DNA of 63,315 nucleotides, the filler included, from Octopus bimaculoides (Eukaryota), in NCBI RefSeq assembly GCF_001194135.2. It is 9 parts of 9 records of this genome, joined end to end, with 100 filler letters (N's around TTAATTAATTAA, not from the genome) between each part and the next. Parts side by side here need not be neighbours in the genome. Positions count along the whole stretch, not along the records: positions 12,308 to 37,689 come from NC_068982.1; 8 more parts are not named here. One strand, 5' to 3'. Made by a program: the position numbers and the translations under genes. The notes below the pieces were generated by a model. It was not told where the DNA came from. It ran no database searches and saw nothing but the letters and a program-made list of their open reading frames with translations. Position 1 is the stretch's first letter. Every line of letters begins with the position of its first letter. Positions 24,940 through 37,256 of the stretch are shown here, piece after piece.

Positions 24940-25155
24940 ATCCCTTCTACTATAGGCACAAAGCCTGAAATTTTGGGGGAGGTGGCTAGTTGATTACAAC
25001 AACTCCAGTGTTCCACTGGTACTTAATTTATCAACCCAAAAAAGATAAAAGGCAAAGTCGATCTCAGTGGAATTTGAATTCAGAATGTAAAAACAGATGA
25101 AATTCCACTAAGCATTTTTCCCAGCATGCTAACAATTCTGCCAGCTCGCCACCTT
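24940..25155 (-). mobile_element. CpG-decayed SINE family A copy
   Basis: Reverse complement of the family A head and body. Confidence 0.8.
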
Positions 25156-25447
25156 CATATATTAATAATAATAGTAATAAAATTAATTGATGTGGTAACT
25201 GTTGCTTGTTATTTCCCTTTACATTCTGAATTCAAGTTTCACCTGGACCCACTTTGAATCTTATCTTTCTGGGGTTCATAAATTAAGTTCCAGCCAAGTA
25301 CTGAAGCTGCTATAACTAATTATAACCTCCTGTGAAATGTGTTGCTCTGTCTCTATCTTAAAAAAATTGTTGTTTCTATTTTCTTTAAGGTTATATAGGG
25401 TTACATCGAAAGATTCTCTATAAGAAATAATTTCTCTTGGATTTTAG

Positions 25448-25558
25448 CTCCATCATCCTGTACACATAAAGGAGTCACTCATAAACATGGTGATGAATGG
25501 GGAGAGAAGTGTATCAAATTTGGCTGTCAGCAGGGTAAAGTTAAATTAATAAAAGCAG
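25448..25558 (+). CDS. Secreted Cys-rich protein, exon 2 (module 1: APSSCTHKGVTHKHGDEWGEKCIKFGCQQGKVKLIKA)
   Basis: attttag|CT ... CAG|GTAAGA; 111 nt, phase 1-1, open; C-x9-G-x2-W-x3-C-x4-C. Confidence 0.9.
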
Positions 25559-25818
25559 GTAAGACTTGTTGGCTATATTAATTTCATATAGGAATGTATG
25601 TGCTTTGTAAATTCTAGTTCCACAAATACAATGCAGTTGTAGAGAAGAAAGTGAACAGGCATGGTTGTGTGGGTAAGGAGCTTATTTTGCAACCATGGGG
25701 TTTCCGGCTTAGCCCCACTGTGTGGAACCTTGGGAAAGTGTCTTCTACTATAGCTCTGGGCCAACCAATGCCTTGTAAGTGAATTTGGTAAATGGAAACT
25801 GTAGAAGCTCATCATATA

Positions 25819-25852
<34 letters not shown>

Positions 25853-26945
25853 CAAACACACACACACACAAGATCTAGTGATCTAAGTGTAGGAAGTTCA
25901 TAAGCTTTAGGCTGTAAGCAGCCGGTATAGAGACCAAAAAGTGGTCAGTATACAATATGATACAATGACAATTTATTGGTATTGAGAGTTATACACTTTT
26001 TCCCATATTGAAGCTGCGAAGAAATTTGATAAGCTGTTAGATTCTATGTAGCTCACTATTAGCAACTAATGCTGCTAAAAATGTGAATAGAAATCCAAAT
26101 TGAGGGAGTGGAACAGGTAAAAATGTATGCTGAAGCTCATGATACAATTGTTATGTGGTGAAGTCTACTCAACATAGCTAATCATTGGATGAGATTACCT
26201 TAGCCACAACACAATCATGAGTTCAGTTCACACAGAAGACCAGCTCTATCCAATTTGCTACTTCATCAGAAACAGTTCTGGAGACAGGGATGTAGAGTGA
26301 GTGTGAACTAAAAACTGATCACACTGATTGGGCAATGCCTCATCATTGCTTAAACCAGTAAAAGTAAATAGCAACCCAAATGCTTTTAAATCAGATCCCA
26401 ATGCTGGATGTTCAAGAACCAAATGAAAGGCAGATTTTTCAATCCTGATTCCAAAAAAAAATATAATATGTCTATGGAGAGCAAATGTAGACTGAGATAC
26501 AGGGATCCCAGACAGACAGAATTTCATCATCATTATTATTTAACGCCTGTTGTCCATGCTGGCATGGGTTGGACAGTTTGATCAGGGCTGGCAAGCTGGA
26601 AGGCTGCACCAGACTTCAGTCTGATTTGGCATGGTTTCTATGGCTGGATGCCCTTCCTAACGCCAACCACTCCAAGAGTGTAATGGGTGCTTTTACGTGT
26701 CATGACACCAGTATCTGCCATGATTGCAATTTTGCTTGGCTTGATGGGTCTTCTTCTCAAGCATGACATATGCCAAAGGTCTCAATGGGTCTTCTCAAGC
26801 ATGTCACAAAGCTAAAGGTCTCCATCAGGCCCAACACTTGAAAGGAGTTCAGCCACTTTGCCTCCGTAGGACCCAAAATCACTTTTATTAATATAGATGT
26901 AATAGTTGTAAACTAAAAAATTTACTTTCTTTTTCTTTATTACAG

Positions 26946-27059
26946 CTTGTGACAGTGGTGCTATATGTAGAGCAATAGGTAGTCACTGGACAAATTATTG
27001 CATTGATTACACTTGCCTCCATAAAAATGGTAAATTAGTCGTTAAGAAACTTAACATGC
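26946..27059 (+). CDS. Secreted Cys-rich protein, exon 3 (module 2: ACDSGAICRAIGSHWTNYCIDYTCLHKNGKLVVKKLNM)
   Basis: tttttctttattacag|CT ... TGC|GTAAGT; 114 nt, phase 1-1, open. Confidence 0.9.
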
Positions 27060-27649
27060 GTAAGTTGAGTGAATTGCTTCAAATTATTAAATTATCTAAT
27101 TTTTTTTTCTTTCAAATGTTTATTCTTTTACATGTTTCAGCCCTAGGGTTGTGACCATGCTAGAGCACTGCCAATTCATTTATTTTAACCAAGACTAAAT
27201 GTTATAGATATCTATTCATGTAGATATCTAAATTCCTTGTCAGTATTTAACAGAAGTAAATAACTACATTTATTACATTTCAAGAACTGCAGCTAGCTGA
27301 ATCAAATGTCAATCAGTTGACTTAGGTATTAACACTTCATATCCAGTCTGTAGAGCTCTGTGACCATACTCAAAATACTTAACTCTCAAATAAACCAAAC
27401 ATCTAAAATGAAATTGGGACCATGGATGGTGCATCTTTCTGCATTGGAAAGCAAAAATATTCTTTATTAGCTTGCAGTACTGCAATGAAATCCTTCATTG
27501 AATATTGTTCAGAAAAGTGGATCATTTTTACAAATCTGCCTTTGCTTATTTTTTGCATGACAAAACCTACAGGTGGTGCTCTTATAATCCAATGTCTTAT
27601 GAGACACACATGTATCTATGCCAATGTTTAATTTAAATTTCATTTTAAA

Positions 27650-28620
27650 TCATTACCATCATCATCATTTAATGTCCATTCTATCATAGGTTGGATGGTT
27701 TGACCAGGGCTGTTAAGCTGGGGGGCTGCACCAGACTCTAGTCTGATTTGGCATGGCTGGATGCCCTTCCTAACACCAACCACTCCAAGAATGTAATGGG
27801 TGCTTTTGTGTGTCAGTTGCGTGACACCTGTATCTGCCATGACTACAAATTCACTTGGCTTGATGGATCTTCTTCTCAAGCACAGCATACTGCCAAAGGT
27901 CTTGGTCATTTGTCATTGCATCTGTGAGGCCCATTGTTCGATGATCATGCATCACCAGCTCATCCCAGGTTTCCCTCCACTTTTAGAGATCGGCACTTCT
28001 TCAAACAGCTGTCCACATTCATCCACATCACGACCAAATCAGTGCAGTTGTCTCTCTTGCACACATCTGATGCTCTTATATCCAACTTTTCTCTCAAGAT
28101 GCTTATATTGTCATACATGCACACTGACATTACACATCCAGCGAAGCATACTCACTTCTTTTCTTTCAAGCTTATGCATGTCCTTGACAGTCACAGCCCA
28201 TGTTTCACTGCCATGTAGCATGGCTGTTTGCACACAGGCATCATACAATCTACCTTTCACTCTGAGGGAGAAGCCCTTTGTTACCAACAGAAGTAAGAGC
28301 TCTCTGAACTTTGCCCATCCTATTCTTATTCTGGCAGCTATGCTCTCAGAGCATCCATCTCCACTATTGACTTGGTCACCTAGATAACGGAAGCTACCAA
28401 CTACTTCTAGCTTACCCCGCTGACATTTGATGGAGTCTATTTTCTGTACATTTGTAGTATTTATTGTACCTATGCACTGTCCACACACAAAAACTAGTTT
28501 CCCTGTTAACTTCCCTCTGATATTGCTGCACCTCTTACATGTCCATAGCTTACACTAGATACATCTTATGGAGTTTCTACCAACGCCTTTTCTACAGATT
28601 GAACAGGGCCATCTACCTGA
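27650..28620 (-). mobile_element. Decayed RTE LINE 3' portion with 3' UTR and (GAT)n tail
   Basis: FRYLGDQVNSGDGCSESIAARIRIGWAKFRELL...GRLYDACVQTAMLHGSETW; tail matches 46340-46515. Confidence 0.9.
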
Positions 28621-29619
28621 AAGGATTTGTGATTTGCCTGCTTTCCTACTTACTTAGACTTTGGTTTTTGCTACATTAATTTCTTCTCTAGTTCTGAAAC
28701 AGTGAAGGATTTGTTGCTGTTTAGTCCAAAGGCCACCTTGATCAAACAGATTTATGATCAAAGGCATTCCGGTTGTGACCATTACATCTTAATTTCTGAT
28801 ACATATTCCAATGTTTCCTTTCTATTTTTTAAAAGATGGTAGTGTAATTTGAAGAAAATTTGGCTGTTGTTTTTAGCAGGCTAAATGACTCTGTGGTGGC
28901 CCTCCTTATTGGCTGTATATATGACGAGTTCCTATTCCATTTCTCAAAACCAAAAGCTGTCAATATATAGTTATGTCAATTTAAATTATAGGCTCAAATT
29001 CCATCAAAGTGAACTGAACTCAAAAGTAATTAGATGAGATTAATTCAACTATACTTCTACCACAAAATGTTAAAAATCAATATTATCAAAAGAACTATTG
29101 TATGAAAATTTTTAAATTCTTGTTTCCCTTGCATTTCTTGATAAGCATTAATCAATAACTTCATCATCATCCTTTAATGGCTGTTTTCCATGCTGACATG
29201 GGCTGGACAGTTTGACCTGTGCTGGTAAACCAGAATGCTGCACTAGGTTCCAGTCCAATTTGGCTTAGTTTCTACGGTTGGATACTCTTCCTACTGCCAA
29301 CCAATTTACAGTGTGTGCTGGGTGCTGTTAACATGGTGCTGCCATGAGTGCTTTCTACATGGCACCAGTACAGGACTCTTGCAGGCCAATCCTCTTCACC
29401 AGGGGGAGTGGCCTCAATTAATTGAAACTTCTTGGTTCACTGTATTAACCATGTAAGCATATCATTTCCGATTTGTTTTTTATAAAGCGGCTGTCTCTTT
29501 TTATTATTATTCTACAATCATTCTTTCTTATTACTTGAAAAGCTTTGTTGCAATTTTTCATTCTCAATTCATTTGAAGGGGTAGAAAAATAAAGGGATTT
29601 TTCTTTAAACCTACTTCAG

Positions 29620-29745
29620 GATGTGAAGGACATGACCATAAATGTCACAAATTTGGCGAAACGTGGAATGATACCTTACATGGAAAATGTACAGTACGAA
29701 AATGTGTAAAAAAAGACCATTTTGCTGTAACAATTAAGGTATCTG
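29620..29745 (+). CDS. Secreted Cys-rich protein, exon 4 (module 3: RCEGHDHKCHKFGETWNDTLHGKCTVRKCVKKDHFAVTIKVS)
   Basis: cctacttcag|GA ... CTG|GTAAGT; 126 nt, phase 1-1, open; same Cys/G-x-x-W spacing as exons 2 and 3. Confidence 0.9.
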
Positions 29746-30211
29746 GTAAGTAAAGATTTTTTGTACTTTTTGTAAAGAACAATAATTAAAGGGGCTGAAA
29801 ATTATGCAATTTATATATTTCATTTCTCTGAATGTCAACAGTAAGACATTGGCAAATTGTCAACATTTAAAAAATTGTTTGTGGATGACAAGATTATTCT
29901 TAAAATGATCAAATTGTATCTAAAATAATTGGATAATATGGAAATACAAAAATTTCAAACAGTAGCATAATTTTTTTGGCTGTGGCGAAGAAGAGTCTAA
30001 CATTTCAAGCAGAACACTTTGCCAGATAGAGATTATAGGTAGCCTTCCAGCCGGAGATTTGACAACTTATACAAGAAAATTAGTCTCAATCTAAGACAAC
30101 AAACCCCCAGTATTCCAGTTCATATAGTTGTAAATAGGTACAATGTGAGGTGTTTTTTTTTATCATTTCTATAAACATGCTTTTTATACAGTTTTTATTT
30201 TCTTTTTTCAG

Positions 30212-30219
30212 ATTGTTAA
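30212..30219 (+). CDS. Secreted Cys-rich protein, terminal coding exon (D-C-stop) followed by 3' UTR
   Basis: tttttattttcttttttcag|AT TGT TAA; phase 1 matches; brings mature Cys to an even 12; AATAAA at 30336-30341 and 30428-30433. Confidence 0.7.
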
Positions 30220-31341
30220 ATACAGATTTAACATAAAATTGAACTTTCTTGCTGATGCAAACCATCATCAGTTTGCTGGGATTATACACATTTTATCTCA
30301 TGTACTGGTCTTTGCCTGTGATATTGTATCCAAGAAATAAATTTTATCCAAAATTTTGAGTTAAAGTTTTAGTTAATTGTAAAAATGTAACCAGTTTTAT
30401 TTGTGAGTATCTTTTTCTGAAAGAGGAAATAAAGGGATATAACATAAAATAAACTAGTCTGTCTCTATATTACAGTGATACATACACATTCTCTCTTTCA
30501 TACACACACACATACATATATAAATGCAGGTATGCCTGTGTAATTGAGAAGTTAGCTTTGCAACCTTGTGGCTTCAGGTTTAGTCCCACTGCATGAAACT
30601 TTGGGCAAGTGTCTTCTACTGTAGCTCTGGGCTGACCAAAGCCTTGTGAGCAGTGGATTTGGTAGAGGTAAGCTGAAAGATGCCCGTCTTGTGTGTACAT
30701 ATACATGTGTGTGTGTCCATACATGTTTGTGACTCCTTGTCTTGACATCATGCAATAGTTTCTAAATAAGCATCATTGTCATGTAAGTGATGTCCTTTAT
30801 TTCCAGTCTTCCACAGGCAAGTATTTTCTTGCTTGGAAACAGGTGGCAATTGGCAAGAGGAAGGGCATCCAGCTATAAGAAATCTTCCTTGACAAATTCT
30901 GTCAGACCCATGCAACATTAGTTAAGTGGACATTAAAATTATATTGAGACAAAGAGACATAAACATATACATGGCAGGCTTCTTTTAGGTTTTGTGCACC
31001 AAATCCATTCACAAGGTTTTGGTCAGCCCAAGACTATAGTAGAGGACACTTGCTCAGAGAATGTAATGTGATGTACCATTTTACAGTAGAAGACACTTGC
31101 CCAAAGTGACATGCACTGGAACTGGATCTAAACTATATTGTAGGAGCAAACCCAGAACCATACTATTAAGTTCCCTCCAAAAACATGCATGATTAAGATT
31201 AAAACATTTTTCAGTTTTAATGATAAAATAAACATATGTACATGAAACTTGAAGACAAAAACACACAGAAGTAAATTTTCGTATGACAAAATAAATTATA
31301 GAAACAGGTTAAAAATAACAATTTTAAAATCCTTTTTTTTA

Positions 31342-31551
31342 TTATTTTTTACTGCATCGAGGTTTCCTTGTCCTTTTAGTGATGTTATTTTCAGAACCAT
31401 TACTACTAATTAATTCTGGAAAGTCATTATCATTACAAATGTCTATCTCCTTTGAATTATCATTTTCTTCAACTTCATTAATACAGGTAATATTTAAGGT
31501 GTTGAATGAATTCTGATCAAAAATTATTGAGTCTTTCTTCTGATGTCTTGT
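31342..31551 (-). CDS. Terminal exon of an unidentified minus-strand gene: TRHQKKDSIIFDQNSFNTLNITCINEVEENDNSKEIDICNDNDFPELISSNGSENNITKRTRKPRCSKK*
   Basis: Acceptor tttcttcatccatttcag|ACA; 69 open codons, phase 0, matching the phase-0 end of exon 33867-34046. Confidence 0.65.
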   Translation of the reverse strand, partial: TRHQKKDSIIFDQNSFNTLNITCINEVEENDNSKEIDICNDNDFPELISSNGSENNITKRTRKPRCSKK

Positions 31552-31934
31552 CTGAAATGGATGAAGAAATAAATAATTAAGAAATTAAACATTAAAAGAT
31601 CAAGACAATAAGATAGATAAATTAAATATTGACGACTCCATGGGCTCTTGCGGTTTGTGAAAAGATTAACTTTCTTGATGACTGTTAATAACTTAAATCT
31701 CAAATTATTAGAAAATATACAAAAATAGAGAAATTTGATTAATTCTATATAACAATGTATTTCTGGTTTAACATCACTACCTGATCCACGAGAGCCTTTA
31801 GTGGAGTTATCATGCAAGCATTTAAACACCTGTTTCCATCCTGCAGATATTTAGGTTAACTCTTTTCTTATTATATTCCTATTGAGATACACTGCCTCAG
31901 TTTCAATAAAATTTTGCTGTTGTTTGGAACATAT

Positions 31935-32133
31935 ATTTCAGATTTTGGTACAGAGTCAGCTAAGTCACTTACATCGATCCCAGTGATCAACAGGTATTAA
32001 TTTTATCGATCCCAAAAGGATGAAAGACAAAGTCGACCTTGGTGGAATTTGAACTCAGAATGTAACGATGGATGAAATACTGTTAAGCATTTTGCCCAGC
32101 ATATTTACAATTCTGCCAGCTTGCCACCTTCGC
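31935..32133 (-). mobile_element. CpG-decayed SINE family A copy
   Basis: Reverse complement of family A. Confidence 0.8.
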
Positions 32134-32859
32134 TTGGAACATATATTAACATATATTAACATATATTAACATAAAATCATGATGGAAGGTTTTAATTTAG
32201 ATCACTATAAAACAGTAAGTTTGTATTAGAGAACCAGAGATATTCTCAAGTGGTTTGGTATCAAAATAGTTAATCATTAGTTATATGTATATCACGAAAT
32301 CTGGGAAGGTCTCCAAAAGTAAAACAAAAAACCCTGTGCCTTCTGACATTAAAAAAGAAAACCAAAAACCAAACAAAAAAAAAAAATGGTAGACTTGCTT
32401 TGAAACAATTCATCATTGAAGGAAATCTAATTCAGTCAGAAGATATGGTGAGAGATCAAGATATTTTAGAAAAAACCCAGCTTTACAATGTTACATCTTG
32501 TTGTTTAGTCATAAGTCATACCACAATTATGTAAACCTATGATCAAAGGACTTTTAGCCAAAACCAACCTGTTCTTTTATTAAGTAGTGTACATCCAGGA
32601 ACACATTCTCTAATGTGCTCATCCTCTTTTAAGACTGTAGAGTATGATTTGAGGGAGATATGGGTTGCTGCTTCAAGTATATTCAGCAACCACAAAGTAG
32701 TCCCTCTGTCAGCCTGATAGAATGTTATATAGGATTCACAGACTCTAAGGTGCATTATATAGTTTCTCTGCCTTTATTTTACTAAATTTTCACTACAAAA
32801 GGTATCTATTTTGAGTATTGATAAATGTATAAAGTCTGACTAAGTATTATAAGCAGTAG

Positions 32860-33500
32860 TACACAAGAGATGTAATGGAATTACAAGTAGGCTAAGAGAA
32901 AGGGTAGACCTCATATGCAGCAGATGCACAAGAGCACAAAGAGCACCCATGAAACAGATTCTCTCGAGATGCCCAGATGGTTCCCTAGAAATAGTGAATA
33001 GCTTTTGTTACCTAAGTGATCTAATTAATACCAGAAGTGCATGCTTTGAAAGTATAATTGTCAAATTAAGAAAAGGGTGGAAAAAATTTAAGGAACTACT
33101 ATCTCTCTACTCATAACAATAGAATTTTTCTCTCAGAGTGAAGGGCAGATTGTATGTTACCTGTGTACAAACTGCAATGCTGTAAGACATGGACATTGAA
33201 TGCAGAAGATTTGTGTAAGCTAGAAAGAAATGAAACTAGCATGTTCTGCAGGATGTGTAATGTTAGTATATATGAACAACGTAGCAGAAAACTGGAAGAA
33301 AAACTAAATATAAAAGGAACCAAGTGTAGAGTATGAAAGAGAAGACTATAATGGCACAAGCAGGTGATGCTTATGGAGGATGAGAGCAGCATAAAGAAGT
33401 GAAGGGTACTCAAAGTGGATGAAACCTGTGGAAAAGGGAAACTTATGAAGACATGGGATGAAGTGGCTAAAACTGATCTTAGGAATGCTGAATCTCTGTT
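32860..33500 (+). mobile_element. Old RTE LINE 3' fragment
   Basis: Decayed equivalents of GWKKFKELL, LSLRVKGRL, TWTLNAEDLCKLERNETSMFCRMCNVS and G.CGKGK..KTWDEV. Confidence 0.75.
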
Positions 33501-33866
33501 AGGAAAGGCCTCTAGCTGAGGAAATGATGCGAAGAATGAAACCTTTTGAGAGAGAGAAATGGTTTTTCAGTTCGTCTAAGAGGGCAGCAACTGAAAATAA
33601 GAACAGACTCAGACTTTGATGACCCATCCAACCATAGAAAACAGAAATAGAAGTGATAATGAAAGCTGAGAGAGCATGTGTGATTTTCATTGAATCAAAG
33701 CCATATGAGATCTTTGACTGACAGATCTTTATGTCAGTCCCTAACCCACCAAAAGAATAATCTAGGACCTACCACCAAATATTCTTGACAGTTAAAAAAA
33801 AAAAAATTTAAAAAATAAATGTGAAATAAAAAAAAACAAAAAAACATTCAAATAGTGACAACATAC

Positions 33867-34046
33867 AAGATTTTGAAGATTCTCTGATTTGGTGCAACGT
33901 AGTGGTTGATGACATTTTGTTTGTTGTTCATGCAAAACTTCATCTGATACTTTGTGTGATTGCTGGAATGAAAGTTGCCCTGGTTTCGCTACTGAGGGTA
34001 CTGTTGTTGAAGACTTTGACAGACCTCGGCCTATAGTTGAATTATT
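33867..34046 (-). CDS. Internal exon of the minus-strand gene: NNSTIGRGLSKSSTTVPSVAKPGQLSFQQSHKVSDEVLHEQQTKCHQPLRCTKSENLQNL
   Basis: tttcttgtattccag|AAT ... CTT|GTATGT; exactly 180 nt; only the phase 0-0 frame is open. Confidence 0.7.
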
Positions 34047-34348
34047 CTGGAATACAAGAAATATGAAACATAAATAAATACTCATAAATAAATTACTTGC
34101 AACTTCAATGTCCCAATACTTAAAAATTCTATTTGGTTTATTGACTTTTATTTGTTATTTGTATTATGGATGGGAACATTTTTGGAGTAAAATAAATGCA
34201 AAAAAACATTTCATTTCATTCCTGTAGGAACAAAATGTAAGCTTCTTTACTACTTCAGTAGCCTTAAGAGGTTGTCCTGATAAATATTAGCATGAATAAT
34301 AAATTTAGCTTGCAGGAGTTGGACCAGTATTTCAAAGTTCATTCTTAC

Positions 34349-34434
34349 AGATGAAATGACATTAAGATATGGATGAACCAAAGAGGCACTGAATGCCTTT
34401 CGTCATAGGCCTGCTTAGTGAAGTTAGAGCAAAG
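34349..34434 (-). other. Exon-like segment with strong splice sites, frame not reconciled with the next exon
   Basis: ttgttgttgtttag|CTT ... TCT|GTAAGA; the open frame (LCSNFTKQAYDERHSVPLWFIHILMSFH) ends in phase 2, incompatible with the phase-0 exon at 34046. Confidence 0.3.
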
Positions 34435-35504
34435 CTAAACAACAACAATAAAACAAGAGGAGTACAGGGTAAAGTTATGATGATAATGAAAAACATGTTT
34501 GCTAATAAAGATTTTGATAGGGTCTTGGACTGACTTCTTGAAGGTTTTCCAAGATTGGTGAAATTGATGTGATTGATGTCTGAACATCTGCTGAGCTGAA
34601 ACTGTTGTCTTATTTAAATGGCTTCCACAAAGTAACCCCTGCTAAAAATACTTAAGGTCCACATGGCAGTGTTAAACTGAAAATACATTGTTACAACAAA
34701 TTAATAAAATTTCCGTATAGTGTCTGAAATAATTTTTCTGAAAATTTAAATTTAACTAAAGGTGATGATGGAAGGTGGCTGAGGTTAAGGTGCTAGAACA
34801 ATCATTATCTTAATAACTCTTATCAAGAAAGGCAGGGGAGTTAACTGCCCTACTGAATTATTTGACTAAATTCATCATCATCATTATCATCATCATCATT
34901 ATCATCATCATTTAATGTCCATTTTCCATGCTGGCATAGGTGGACGGTTTGACAGGAGCTAGCAAGCTGGAGTGCTGCACCAGGCTCCATTGTCTGCTTT
35001 GGTATGGTTTCTATGGCTGGATACCCTTCCTAACACCAAATTATATCAATAAAAATGGAATAAGAGGAAGTTAAATCTGCTGATTTTTGGCAGAAATGTT
35101 TCATTATTGTTAGACCACTTTAGTGAAAAATAATTTAACTATTACTGCAGATCTTTAATGATTCAAGGTGTATATAGGAGATTTTTGTGAATGAACACAG
35201 TATAGTTTTATAACTTTAAAAAATGATTGGGATGGTGTGAGGGCAAATACCCAGGAACGCTTACTGCATATAAAAAACAATGAATGGATGTTAACATGGA
35301 TAATGTAATGAACAAAAGAATTTCTATAAACTTTAGCAGGAACACCTGCAAGTTAATATTTGATGGGAAAATATAGATACCAATGATCTTTCTGAGGACT
35401 GTGCTTGTTTAATGTAAGGACTGAAGTGGAAATGACTAAAAGATAAGGAGCAAGCACAACATACTAAGTACGTTTGAAGAAGATGGTACACAAGTATTTT
35501 TCTG

Positions 35505-35893
35505 ATGTTGTTGTTGGCACTCTGTCGCTTACGACATCGAGGGTTCCACTTGATCCGATCAACGGAACAGCCTGTTTGTGAAATTAACATGCAAGTGGCT
35601 GAGCACTCCACAGACACGTGTACCCTTAACGTAGTTCTTGGGGATATTCAGCATGACATAGTGTGACAAGGCTGACCCTTTGAATGACAGGTAGAACAGA
35701 AACAGGAAGTAAGAGTGAGAGAAAGTTGTGGTGAAAGAGTACAGCAGGGTTCGCCACCATCCCTTGCTGGAGCCTCGTGGAGCTTTAGGTGTTTTCGCTC
35801 AATAAACACTCACAACGCCCAGTCTGGGAATCAAAACTGTGATCCTATGACCGCGAGTCCGCTGCCCTAACCACTGGGCCATTGCGCCTCCAC
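35505..35893 (-). mobile_element. Full-length SINE family B copy
   Basis: Reverse complement of 22614-22998. Confidence 0.9.
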
Positions 35894-36891
35894 TATTTTT
35901 TTCTGATGGGTATAAGTTAAAAGAAATGGCTATAACTGCTTGGACTTATGTCTACCCTATAAAACTTGGCCAAGATATCTGATATTGTAATAAAAAGATG
36001 GGCTCAATTATTTCCAATGCCATCAACATTATAAATAATTGCAGTAGGGATAAATACAGTAATAGAGAAAGAATATTAAAAGGGTTTGAGAGATTGTGTA
36101 AATCTACAACCAAGAGCCTGGTCCAAATGTTTGTAGTAACCAGCTTACTATACTGAAATCCTTGTAAAAGTGCATGATGTGGCACTAAGAAATAAGGTTA
36201 ATTCATAATTTAATTCTAAAGGGGTGCTAACTGCATATCTAAGCAATAAAATGGTGGGGTTTGATGAGTTAAAATGTTTTCAACATCAAAAATAATTAAA
36301 GTAAGGTAATAAGATAAAATACATTTAGTTAGCAGTTGAGTAAGGAAGAGAGACAATTCCATCTTCACCTTTTTATAGTAATCTGTCTTGTCTAGGATTT
36401 ACCTGTACACTAGAATCTACCGAAGCTATCGAATGTTAAAAGAACTAATACTTAAAATGATAGAAAGGGTAGGGTGATGGACAAAAGGCTTTGATACTTA
36501 GCTATGTCCTTTGGATCAATTCAATCAATGATAACACTGCTAAAATCGTTGCAATTGATTAAATTGTGGGCAACTTTGCCGTTCATCCTTCCAGGGTCAA
36601 TAAAATAAAGTATCAGTCAAATTAATGGGTGGATGATCTTGACTAACTTCCCATCTATTCAAGATTGCTGACCTTGTGCCTAAATCTGAAACCATTGTTA
36701 AATTCATAAATAATAAAGAAATCATTTAAAAATCATTATTAGGTGTGGTAAGAAGCTTGCTTCCTAGTCATATGGTTCTAGGTTCAGTCCCACTGTTTGG
36801 CAGCTTGGGCAAGTCTCTTCTACTATAGTCTCGGGCTGAGCATAGCCTTGTAAGTGGATTTGGTAGATGGAAACTGAAGGAAACCTGTATG

Positions 36892-36926
<35 letters not shown>

Positions 36927-37212
36927 NNNNNNNNNNNNNNNNNNNNNNNNNNNNNNNNNNNNNNNNNNNNNNNNNNNNNNNNNNNNNNNNNNNNNNNNNN
37001 NNNNNNNNNNNNNNNNNNNNNNNNNNNNNNNNNNNNNNNNNNNNNNNNNNNNNNNNNNNNNNNNNNNNNNNNNNNNNNNNNNNNNNNNNNNNNNNNNNNN
37101 NNNNNNNNNNNNNNNNNNNNNNNNNNNNNNNNNNNNNNNNNNNNNNNNNNNNNNNNNNNNNNNNNNNNNNNNNNNNNNNNNNNNNNNNNNNNNNNNNNNN
37201 NNNNNNNNNNNN

Positions 37213-37256
<44 letters not shown>

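Noticed and set aside
31770-31845. Possible extra minus-strand exon (WKQVFKCLHDNSTKGSRGS)
   Set aside because: Phase 1-1 with a weak donor; incompatible with the phase-0 junction of its neighbours.
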